From assembly GCA_037045455.1 (NCBI GenBank), contig JBAOIN010000006.1, positions 31,763 to 95,762 on the forward strand: a DNA stretch of 64,000 bases, written 5' to 3'. The position numbers and the translations under genes were made by a program. Below, in pieces: positions 56,121-64,000 of this stretch. This DNA is from Candidatus Nanopelagicales bacterium. Its GTDB lineage: Bacteria; Actinomycetota; Actinomycetes; S36-B12; UBA10799. Below the pieces are notes generated by a model that had not been told where the DNA came from, did not search any database, and worked only from the letters and a program-made list of their open reading frames with translations. Each line of letters begins with the position of its first letter. The stretch's first letter is position 1.

Positions 56121-56987
56121 CTACTCCCGGCCGAGATCGCGGTGCTGGACCACGACCTGATAGCCCTGATCACGCAGGATCTGCGCCATCCGCTCGACCA
56201 TCGCGACGCTGCGGTGCTTTCCGCCGGTGCAGCCGATGCCCATCGTCAGGTAGCGCTTGCCCTCCCGGATGTACCCCTCGGCGACCAGACCGATGACGTC
56301 CGCGTAATGGTCCAGGACGGCAAGCGCCCCCTCCCGGCTCAGCACGTAGGTGCTGACCTCGGGGTCCTTGCCGGTCTGTTCGCGCAAGTCCGGGACCCAG
56401 TACGGGTTGGGCAGGAACCGCACGTCGGCGACCATGTCCGCGTCCACGGGGATCCCGTATTTGAAGCCGAAGGACAGTACCGAGACCCGCAGTGTGTCCG
56501 GTCCCGGAGCCCGGTAGTTCGCGTCGATGATGCGGCGCAGGTCATGCACAGATTTCGTCGAGGTGTCGATGACCATGTCCGCGCCAGCCCGGAACGGCTG
56601 CAGCATGGCGCGTTCCTCGCGCAAGGCGTCCAGCAGGGTCCCGTCCTCCTGCAGAGGGTGCGGGCGCCGGGAGGACTCGAAGCGCCGGACCAGCACCTCC
56701 TCGGACGCCTCCAGAAAGAGGATCCCGACGTCGACGTGCGCATCCCGCAGCGCCTGGGTGACAGTCACAAGATTGGCGAACAGGGGCCCGCCCCGCACGT
56801 CCACCACGACGGCCAGGCGTTGGGCGTCCGGCCGGGGCGCAAGCACGTCGATGGTGGATTGCAACAGGGAAGGCGGCAGGTTGTCGACCACGAACCAGCC
56901 GGCATCCTCGAGCGCCCGGGCCGCTGTGCTGCGGCCGGCACCGGACATGCCGGTGACGATGAGCACCTCGAAGTGCGAGTTGTTCAT
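56121..56987 (-). CDS. rapZ: RapZ-like P-loop NTPase (RNase adapter family)
   Basis: LIVTGMSGAGRSTA Walker A, and C-terminal CTGGKHRSV. Confidence 0.9.
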   Translation of the reverse strand: MNNSHFEVLIVTGMSGAGRSTAARALEDAGWFVVDNLPPSLLQSTIDVLAPRPDAQRLAVVVDVRGGPLFANLVTVTQALRDAHVDVGILFLEASEEVLVRRFESSRRPHPLQEDGTLLDALREERAMLQPFRAGADMVIDTSTKSVHDLRRIIDANYRAPGPDTLRVSVLSFGFKYGIPVDADMVADVRFLPNPYWVPDLREQTGKDPEVSTYVLSREGALAVLDHYADVIGLVAEGYIREGKRYLTMGIGCTGGKHRSVAMVERMAQILRDQGYQVVVQHRDLGRE

Positions 56988-58942
56988 TCCTGCCTCCCGC
57001 TGCCATCTTCGTCAATGACCTCCCCCGTCGTCACGTTGACGGCCGGTGTGGGGCGATCGGCGGCCAGCGCGGAGTGGATCGTCGCCGCGAGTTCCGCGCT
57101 GATCCCCGGCACGGCGGCCACCTCCTCGAGGGTGGCTTTGCGCAGCCGGCTGATCGAGCCGAACGCCTTGATGAGGGCCTTGCGCCGGTGCGGGCCCACC
57201 CCAGGGATGTCCTCGATGACGCTGGTCGCGACTCGCTTGCTGCGCTTCTGCCGGTGGTAGGTGATCGCGAACCGGTGGGCTTCATCCCGGATCCGCTGCA
57301 ACAGATACAGGCCCTGGCTGCGCCGGCTCAGAATCAGCGGGTCGTCGCTGTCCGGCACCCACACCTCCTCCAACCGCTTGGCCAGACCTGCCACGGCGAT
57401 GTCATCAATGCCGAGTTCCTGCAGCGCGGCCCAGGCGGCGGTCACCTGCGGCTTGCCGCCGTCGATGAGCAAGAGCTGCGGCGGGTAGCGGAACGCCTTG
57501 CGCTCGTCGTTGGCGCCCCCGGTCGGCCCGAACTCGATGTCGGTGGCTTCGGCTCGCTCGGCCAGATAGCGCGTGAAACGCCGGCGGACCACCTCGGCGA
57601 TGCTGGCCACGTCGTCCTGACCGGCGACGCCCCGGATGGCGAACCGGCGGTAATCGGACTTGCGCGGCAGGCCGTCCTCGAAGACCACCATGGATGCGAC
57701 CACGTCGTTGCCCTGCAGGTTCGAGATGTCGACGCACTCGATGCGCAGAGGGGCCTGGTTCATCTGCAACGCCTCGCCGATCTCCTCGAGCGCGGCGGCC
57801 CGCACGCTCAGATCTCCGGCGCGGCGCAGCTTATGAGACTGCAGAGTCTGGGTCGCGTTGGTCGTCACGGTGTCCAGCAATGCTCGTTTTTGCCCGCGTT
57901 GCGGAATGCGAACCGCGACCTTGTGCCCGCTGCGTTCGGCGAGCCAGGTCTCGACGGCCTGCTCCGGCAGGACCGGGACGAGCACCTCGTGCGGGATGTC
58001 GGCGTCCTCGTCGCCGTACAGCTGCTGCATGACACCGGTCACCAGCTCGACCGGCTCCTCGTCCGCGACTTTCTCCAACACGAAGGCATGTTGCCCGCGC
58101 ACCCGTCCACCGCGAACGTGGAAGATCTGGAAGGCGGCTTCGAGGTCGTCCTCGGTGTAGCCGATCAGATCGGCACTGGTGTCGCCCGGAAGGACCAAAG
58201 CGGTTCGCTCCATTGCCTTGCGCAGGGCACCCAGGTCGTCCCGCAGCCGGGCCGCGGTTTCGTAATCCTGCGCGTCGGACGCCGCCCGCATCCGGCGCTC
58301 CAGCTCCTTCATGAACCGGTCGGTCCCCGTGCCCAGAAAGCTCACGAGATCCTCGGCCAGTCGGCGGTGGTCCTCCTCGCTGATCCGGCCCACGCAGGGG
58401 GCGCTGCACTTGCCGATGTAACCCAGTAGGCAGGGCCGCCCCATCTGGGCGGACCGCCGGAAGACCCCATTGCTACATGTCCGCACCGGGAACACGCGCA
58501 GCAACTGGTCGACAGTTTCCCGGATCGCCCAGGCTTGCGCGTACGGGCCGAAATACTTCACGCCCTTGCGCTTCTCGCCACGCATCACCATCACCCGCGG
58601 GTACTGCTCGTTGAGCGTGATGGCCAGGTACGGGTAGCTCTTGTCGTCGCGGTACTTGACGTTGAAACGGGGCGCGAATTCCTTGATCCACTGGTATTCC
58701 AGCTGCAGAGCCTCGGTCTCGGACTCCACCACCACCCAGTCCACGCCGGCCGCACTCTGCACCATGGTTGCGGTGCGCGGATGCATGCCCAGCGGGTTCT
58801 GGAAATAACTGGACAGCCTGTTTCGTAAATTTGTTGCTTTTCCTACATAAATTACCCGCGTGTCATAGTCTCGAAATCTGTAAACACCTGGTAATGGCGG
58901 AATGCTCCCCGGCGGTGGCCGGTAGGACTGGGGATCTGCCAC
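56984..58942 (-). CDS. uvrC: excinuclease ABC subunit C
   Basis: GIY-YIG N-terminus (PGVYRFRD..VIYVGKATNLRNRLSSYF), a UVR domain, an endonuclease V-like domain and C-terminal (HhH)2. GTG 58942 lies inside ORF 56984..59044. Confidence 0.9.
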   Translation of the reverse strand: MADPQSYRPPPGSIPPLPGVYRFRDYDTRVIYVGKATNLRNRLSSYFQNPLGMHPRTATMVQSAAGVDWVVVESETEALQLEYQWIKEFAPRFNVKYRDDKSYPYLAITLNEQYPRVMVMRGEKRKGVKYFGPYAQAWAIRETVDQLLRVFPVRTCSNGVFRRSAQMGRPCLLGYIGKCSAPCVGRISEEDHRRLAEDLVSFLGTGTDRFMKELERRMRAASDAQDYETAARLRDDLGALRKAMERTALVLPGDTSADLIGYTEDDLEAAFQIFHVRGGRVRGQHAFVLEKVADEEPVELVTGVMQQLYGDEDADIPHEVLVPVLPEQAVETWLAERSGHKVAVRIPQRGQKRALLDTVTTNATQTLQSHKLRRAGDLSVRAAALEEIGEALQMNQAPLRIECVDISNLQGNDVVASMVVFEDGLPRKSDYRRFAIRGVAGQDDVASIAEVVRRRFTRYLAERAEATDIEFGPTGGANDERKAFRYPPQLLLIDGGKPQVTAAWAALQELGIDDIAVAGLAKRLEEVWVPDSDDPLILSRRSQGLYLLQRIRDEAHRFAITYHRQKRSKRVATSVIEDIPGVGPHRRKALIKAFGSISRLRKATLEEVAAVPGISAELAATIHSALAADRPTPAVNVTTGEVIDEDGSGRQE

Positions 58943-58974
58943 AAGGTCAAGGCTAATTGAGCCGAAGGAAGAGT

Positions 58975-59529
58975 ATGAGGCTGCTCGCGGGCACCGCGCT
59001 GGCGCTGGTCTGCGCCCTGTCCGCCTCGCCTGCCACCTCGGCACCGCTGAACGGCCTGTTCGTCGAGGGTGACTCGTTGACCATCGGTTCCTCGAACGCC
59101 ATCAAGGCCAACCTTGCCTCCGAGTTCCTGTCCATCACCGTCGATGCCGAGGTCGGCCGGAGCACGCCCACCGGCATCTCCCGGCTGTACGCGGGGCAGA
59201 GCGCCAACGTCTGGGTGGTCGCGCTCGGAACGAACGACGCCCCCGACCCCGTGACCATGCGCCGCAACGTCAAGTCCGTACTGGCCCAGGCCGGCAAACG
59301 CCCCGTGCTGTGGGTCTCGGTGTGGCGCTCGGAGTCCTACCTGCCGGTGAACCGGATGTTGTCCCGCCTGGACCGCAAGTACAGCCAACTGGCGGTCCTG
59401 CGCTGGGACAAGGTCATCGCCAAGAACCCGACGCTACTGGCCGCGGACAAGATCCACCTCACGCCCACCGGGTACGAGATTCGCGGGCAGATGATCGCTG
59501 ACGCGGTGCGCACGTTGGTCAGGCGCTGA
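58975..59529 (+). CDS. secreted SGNH-hydrolase-like protein
   Basis: Signal peptide MRLLAGTALALVCALSASPATSA, then a GDS block (FVEGDSLTIG), GTND, and a DKIH block near the C-terminus. ATG 58975 is preceded by GGAAGAG. Confidence 0.75.
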   Translation: MRLLAGTALALVCALSASPATSAPLNGLFVEGDSLTIGSSNAIKANLASEFLSITVDAEVGRSTPTGISRLYAGQSANVWVVALGTNDAPDPVTMRRNVKSVLAQAGKRPVLWVSVWRSESYLPVNRMLSRLDRKYSQLAVLRWDKVIAKNPTLLAADKIHLTPTGYEIRGQMIADAVRTLVRR

Positions 59530-59547
59530 CCGGGACCCGAATGTCGC

Positions 59548-59591
59548 GCTGTTGTCGTCAATCTCGGCGTGTCGCGACCACAACGCAACAG
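59548..59591. repeat. 44-bp repeat, copy 2
   Basis: GCTGTTGTCGTCAATCTCGGCGTGTCGCGACCACAACGCAACAG matches the reverse complement of 10544..10587 at 37 of 44 positions. Lies in a convergent intergenic gap. Confidence 0.8.
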
Positions 59592-59602
59592 AACCGCGCG
59601 GG

Positions 59603-60235
59603 TCAGCCCCGCTCGACGCCCTGCAGCACAAGCGTCGAGTACGCCTGGCAGCCGTCCGGATTCAGATGAATCCCATCGGGATACAACCCCTCTGGCAGGA
59701 CGCTGGCGTTCCAGTCGACGACGTGGGCGTTCGGCCAGCGGCCGGGCATCGCTCGAAGCCGCTGGTTAACGGCCTCTTCGTAGGAGTACGTGTCGGGAAG
59801 CTCGACAGTGGCCCAGTACACCGCCCGCTGCGGCCCGGCTGCCCGCATGATGCGATCCAGAACCTTCTCGCCGAAGGGCGCGTTCGTCCCCAGGGCGATC
59901 AGCACCCGTGGGGGTAGCGTGCCGGCCTTGGCCTGCTCCTCGATCACCTGGGCGCCGTCTGCCATCGTGCGGTTTTCCTCGGCGTCGACCTTGACGTCGG
60001 TTCCCTTCAGGCATCGTTTGGCACCTTGCAGGACCGAGTCACCGACGGCAAGGATCGGCCCGGACAGCGCCGGGTCGGCCGGTTTGGCCAGCGAGAGCAC
60101 TGTCTGCGGTGACGGCAGCCCGGCCCGCCCGCTGATCCACAACCCGGCCACCAGGATGGCCAGCGTGGCCAGCACACCACCGAGCACGGTCGGTAGCCGC
60201 TGGACCAGGGAGTCGTCGTCGGCCACGTCAGGCAA
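59603..60235 (-). CDS. membrane-anchored SGNH-hydrolase-like protein
   Basis: N-terminal TM (VLGGVLATLAILVAGLWI), a GDS block (LAVGDSVLQG), GTN, and a DGIH block. Confidence 0.7.
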   Translation of the reverse strand: MPDVADDDSLVQRLPTVLGGVLATLAILVAGLWISGRAGLPSPQTVLSLAKPADPALSGPILAVGDSVLQGAKRCLKGTDVKVDAEENRTMADGAQVIEEQAKAGTLPPRVLIALGTNAPFGEKVLDRIMRAAGPQRAVYWATVELPDTYSYEEAVNQRLRAMPGRWPNAHVVDWNASVLPEGLYPDGIHLNPDGCQAYSTLVLQGVERG

Positions 60236-60665
60236 GCACGACCTGGTCGCCGTCGACGGTCACGTTGACGGGCGTCAAGCCGGTCGTAGCCGGGCCCTGA
60301 ATGACCGCACCGTCGGTGATCGAGAACTGCGAGCCGTGACACGGGCAGCTGATCGTGGTCCCGTCGACCTTGTTCACCAAGCAGTTCTGGTGCGGACACA
60401 CAGCGCTCAGACCCACGAACTCACCTTGAGTCGGCTGCGTCACGACGACCTTGGTCTGCCCGGAGTCGACGATCACCCCGCTGTCGACCGGCACGTCGGC
60501 GGTGGCCACCAGTGCCGAGCCGGACGCGGCGGGCGCGGGACCGGCGGCACTTTCCGATGCCTGCGTGCTCGGCTGGGACGAGTCGCCACTCGAACATGCC
60601 GTAAGGGCCACCCCCGCGGCTCCCAAGGCAGTGGCTGACAGAACCTGCCTGCGGCTGAGGTCCAT
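60228..60665 (-). CDS. Tat-exported Rieske [2Fe-2S] lipoprotein
   Basis: Twin-arginine signal (SRRQVL) with lipobox (LTAC), and Rieske ligands CPHQNC..CPCHGS. ATG 60665 is preceded by GGAG. Confidence 0.85.
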   Translation of the reverse strand: MDLSRRQVLSATALGAAGVALTACSSGDSSQPSTQASESAAGPAPAASGSALVATADVPVDSGVIVDSGQTKVVVTQPTQGEFVGLSAVCPHQNCLVNKVDGTTISCPCHGSQFSITDGAVIQGPATTGLTPVNVTVDGDQVVLA

Positions 60666-60768
60666 GAGTGGCTCCAATCGTCTGCGGCCAGCCTAAGCGA
60701 GCAGAGGGGAACGGCAAGGCCAACACACCGACCTGGGTCGCGCCCTTGCGGCCGTGCCCACCAACTAC

Positions 60769-61251
60769 CTAATCGTGGGGCCAGGCCAACGCATTTGCTG
60801 CTGCCTCGCGAATGTCGCCCAGTGCCAGTGCGATGGATTGAACCTTCCCCCCGTTGCCCGGCAGCGCAACGCATAACCCCAGGTCTCCTTCCTGCATCTC
60901 ATCGACCGGCAACGGGAACCACAATTCAAAGGTGCTGATCGTGGGGTCGTCTGGTGCCTCGGGGTGCATTACCGATCCGCGCTGGATTTCCGACGCGACA
61001 ACCCGCTCTCCCTCAAGCAACCACACTCCGAGATCTTCCTGGTTGTTCTCGGCGGAAAAACCGACTCTTGGGTCGACAACGACGCCCATCCCCAAGGCAG
61101 TCAGTGTTACGAACAGCCCATCGTGCGTCGCCTTAAAGGCAGAAAGCCGAACAAGGCCATCCTGAGTCGTGAACGTGGTCTCATGCGACTTTAGGAACTC
61201 GCCTGGGACGCTGATTGACGGAGCCGCCGCCCTACCGCCAAAACCCTTCAC
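60769..61251 (-). CDS. hypothetical cytoplasmic protein (low-GC island)
   Basis: 160-aa ORF with no signal peptide or TM. GTG start 3 nt after the upstream stop. No family recognised. Confidence 0.55.
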   Translation of the reverse strand: MKGFGGRAAAPSISVPGEFLKSHETTFTTQDGLVRLSAFKATHDGLFVTLTALGMGVVVDPRVGFSAENNQEDLGVWLLEGERVVASEIQRGSVMHPEAPDDPTISTFELWFPLPVDEMQEGDLGLCVALPGNGGKVQSIALALGDIREAAANALAWPHD

Positions 61252-61254
61252 CGT

Positions 61255-62112
61255 TCAGTACTTGCACACGTTGTTGGACTTGTTGCAAGTAGCATCTGCG
61301 GTCTTGGCTCCGTCGCCGCGGTAACTCTCTAGGGGCTTGGCGTATACCCACAGTTTCAGGGCACTCGTCAAGACAGTCCCATTCAGCTTTCTGTTACTCG
61401 ACAAGTAGTAACTACCCGCGCCACTACCACCGGAGAACAGCCGTCCCGTGTCCTCGTTACCGACGACTACGCCTCTGTTTATGGCCCAGAGCTCGTAGTG
61501 CCGATCACCGAAGTTGCCATTGTTGGGCGAATAGGTGCAATTGGAGTCATACCTCGATGTCTTGGCGCCGGGATTGACGGTGACCCGGCAACTGATGCGA
61601 TCAGTATCACCGGAGCAACCAGCGGGTCCGCAGAAGCGTCCGGCAGCGATCAAACGCATGCCCTCCCAGTAGGTTCGCCCATCGCCCACGTCTCCTCGGA
61701 CCTGGAACGTATTTGGATTTTCACCTGACGACATTGGAACTGCGGCGACATAAGTAGGTGTACCCGCGGGCGCCTGTGCATCTAGTGCACCTTCAAGTTC
61801 CTTTAGTGCTTTCAGTGAGTCGCGCCTGGTCAAGTCATCCGTTAATGACCCAAGTTCCGGAGCCTGGCCCGCTGCAATCTTGCTTCTCCACTCGGCGACC
61901 AGACTCCGGGCCCGAGTTCGATACTGCGGATCGGTAGCCGACTGTTCCACAAGAGCTTGCCCGATCGATTGGTCGCCGGTGGTCACAACGAAAACGCTGG
62001 CAAAGTCCTCGGGGTTAGCGTTGGGCTTAGTTGCGCTCGATGGGGTCGCAACCGCCCATGCCAGTGACGTCGCCGCAATAGCAAGAGCAAATGTGGTCCT
62101 CAGATAGGCCAT
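61255..62112 (-). CDS. hypothetical secreted protein with six cysteines (low-GC island)
   Basis: ATG 62112 is preceded by GGGGGAG. Signal peptide MAYLRTTFALAIAATSLAWAVA. A helical N-domain is followed by a C-domain with six Cys. No family recognised. Confidence 0.65.
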   Translation of the reverse strand: MAYLRTTFALAIAATSLAWAVATPSSATKPNANPEDFASVFVVTTGDQSIGQALVEQSATDPQYRTRARSLVAEWRSKIAAGQAPELGSLTDDLTRRDSLKALKELEGALDAQAPAGTPTYVAAVPMSSGENPNTFQVRGDVGDGRTYWEGMRLIAAGRFCGPAGCSGDTDRISCRVTVNPGAKTSRYDSNCTYSPNNGNFGDRHYELWAINRGVVVGNEDTGRLFSGGSGAGSYYLSSNRKLNGTVLTSALKLWVYAKPLESYRGDGAKTADATCNKSNNVCKY

Positions 62113-62232
62113 ACACTCCCCCATCCCGTTTGCATTTTTGAGACTACAGGATTGATCCATGCGTCAGCGGTGATCAGAGACACCCCCAACCGATGCGGCC
62201 GGCCCATCAGGTTTCGGCGATGTAGACCTGAC

Positions 62233-64000
62233 TCAGCACAGCAGTGGCTTCAGGAACTGCCCAGTGTGGCTGTCGGGATCCTCGGCGACGTCCTCCGGCG
62301 TGCCTTCGGCCACGATGGTGCCACCACCGCTACCCCCCTCCGGGCCCAGGTCCACGATCCAGTCCACGGTCTTGATCACGTCGAGATTGTGTTCGATGAC
62401 GATGACCGTGTTTCCCTTGTCGACCAGCGAGTGCAGAACGCCCAGCAGCCGCCGGACGTCCTCGAAATGCAAGCCGGTGGTCGGCTCGTCCAGCACGTAC
62501 ACCGTGCGACCGGTCGAGCGCCTCTGCAGTTCACTGGCCAGTTTCACCCGCTGCGCCTCGCCGCCGGACAAGGTCGGCGCGGGCTGCCCGAGCCGGACGT
62601 AGCCCAAACCGACGTCGACCAGCGTGGTCAGGTGCCGGCTGATCGCCGGGATGGCGGCGAAGAACTCGGCAGCCTCCTCGATCGGCAGATCGAGCACCTC
62701 GGCAATGGTCTTGCCCTTGTAGTGCACTTCGAGCGTCTCGCGGTTGTATCGAGCGCCGTGGCATTCCGCACACGGCACATAGACGTCCGGCAGGAAGTTC
62801 ATCTCGATGCGCAACGTGCCGTCGCCGCTGCAGGCTTCGCAACGCCCGCCCTTGACATTGAACGAGAAGCGCCCGGGAGCGTAACCGCGGATCTTCGCTT
62901 CCTCGGTCTCTGCGAACAGCCGCCGGATGTGGTCGAAGACCCCGGTGTAGGTGGCCGGGTTGGACCGCGGCGTCCGCCCGATCGGGCCCTGATCGACGTG
63001 GACGACCTTGTCCAAGCTGTCGATTCCAGTCACCGCGCGGTGGCGGCCGGGGACCCGCCGGGCCGAATGCAGCTCGCGGGCCAGCACCGTGTACAGCACG
63101 TCGTTGACCAGCGTGGACTTGCCGGATCCGGAAACGCCGGTGACCGCCACCAGCACGCCGAGCGGAAAGTCCACGGTGACGTCCCGGAGGTTGTGCTCGC
63201 GGGCGTTGTGCACCGTCAACTGCCGCTTCTTGTCGATCGGCCGCCGCACCGGTGGCACCGCGATCGACTTGCGACCGGACAGGTAGGCGCCGGTGATGGA
63301 GTCCTTGTTGGCCATCAACTCGGGGAGGGGTCCGGAGACCACGACCTGTCCCCCGTGCTCCCCGGCTGCCGGCCCGATGTCCACCACCCAGTCGCTGGCC
63401 CGGATCGTGTCCTCGTCGTGCTCGACGACGATCAGCGTGTTGCCCAGATCGCGCAGCCGCAGCAACGTCTCGATCAGCCGGTGGTTGTCACGCTGGTGCA
63501 GACCGATGCTCGGCTCGTCCAGGACGTACAGCACGCCGACCAGACCGCTGCCGATCTGCGTGGCCAGCCGGATCCGCTGGGCCTCACCACCGGCCAGCGT
63601 GCCGGCGGCCCGGTCCAACGTCAGGTAGTGCAGCCCGACGTCGATCAGGAAGTGCAGGCGGGCGTTGACCTCCTTGAGCACCCGCGCCGCGATCTGCGAC
63701 TCCCGGTCGTCGAGCTCGAGGTCCTCGAGGAACTCCGCGCACGCGTCGATCGGCAGCCCGGCCACCTCGGCGATGTTCTTGTCGTTGATCGTCACCGCCA
63801 GACTGAGCGGCTTGAGCCGGGCACCCTGGCACGCCGGGCACGGAACATCGCGCATGTATCCGGCGAAGCGCTCGCGCATGTTGTCGGACTCGGCGTGGGC
63901 GTGCCGGCGCTCGACGAACGGGATCACGCCTTCCCAACCCGTGGCGTACTGCCGCTCGCGCCCGTAGCGGTTGCGGTAACTCACGATCACCTGCTCACCG
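62233..64000 (-). CDS. uvrA: excinuclease ABC subunit A, 5' end outside window
   Basis: C-terminal approximately 589 codons. Zinc-finger-like [11 protein letters not shown] and [14 protein letters not shown], Walker [10 protein letters not shown], and signatures [12 protein letters not shown] and [12 protein letters not shown]. The frame stays open to the window edge. Confidence 0.95.
   Translation of the reverse strand, partial: GEQVIVSYRNRYGRERQYATGWEGVIPFVERRHAHAESDNMRERFAGYMRDVPCPACQGARLKPLSLAVTINDKNIAEVAGLPIDACAEFLEDLELDDRESQIAARVLKEVNARLHFLIDVGLHYLTLDRAAGTLAGGEAQRIRLATQIGSGLVGVLYVLDEPSIGLHQRDNHRLIETLLRLRDLGNTLIVVEHDEDTIRASDWVVDIGPAAGEHGGQVVVSGPLPELMANKDSITGAYLSGRKSIAVPPVRRPIDKKRQLTVHNAREHNLRDVTVDFPLGVLVAVTGVSGSGKSTLVNDVLYTVLARELHSARRVPGRHRAVTGIDSLDKVVHVDQGPIGRTPRSNPATYTGVFDHIRRLFAETEEAKIRGYAPGRFSFNVKGGRCEACSGDGTLRIEMNFLPDVYVPCAECHGARYNRETLEVHYKGKTIAEVLDLPIEEAAEFFAAIPAISRHLTTLVDVGLGYVRLGQPAPTLSGGEAQRVKLASELQRRSTGRTVYVLDEPTTGLHFEDVRRLLGVLHSLVDKGNTVIVIEHNLDVIKTVDWIVDLGPEGGSGGGTIVAEGTPEDVAEDPDSHTGQFLKPLLC

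Overview
This is a high-GC (about 70%) actinobacterial chromosomal segment. It holds mostly conserved core genes in the arrangement familiar from mycobacteria and relatives. Minus strand: uvrA, uvrC-rapZ-yvcK-whiA and gap-pgk-tpiA-secG-rbpA. Plus strand: the pentose-phosphate operon tkt-tal-zwf-opcA-pgl. Also present are the ctaA/ctaB heme A genes and a complete suf Fe-S operon (sufR-sufB-sufD-Rieske-sufC-sufS-sufU-sufT), in which sufB carries a 375-aa LAGLIDADG intein. Other genes include an amino-acid ABC importer, TldD/PmbA, an ABC-F protein, several ABC exporters and a PadR-linked redox gene pair. I found no rRNA, tRNA or CRISPR array. Four things stand out. (1) A dispersed palindromic intergenic repeat family is built from a decamer (CTMACSGATG) phased every 19 bp, with 4-5 loci in the window. 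One copy carries a nested insert. I do not recognise this family. A second, unrelated 44-bp repeat has two copies. (2) Eighteen reading-frame breaks fall in 11 otherwise well-conserved housekeeping genes, six of them in tkt alone. Every one is a net +1 shift. This points to an insertion-biased sequence error rather than gene decay, but it needs checking against reads. (3) A two-gene island of about 1.4 kb and about 50% GC lies next to uvrA. It encodes a secreted six-cysteine protein and a small partner protein, both of unknown family. (4) Mobile or selfish DNA is present: the SufB intein, a 3'-truncated IS1380-family transposase, and a DUF222/HNH gene upstream of the suf operon. Many long ORFs in the six-frame track are high-GC shadow ORFs or frameshift composites and were not called.
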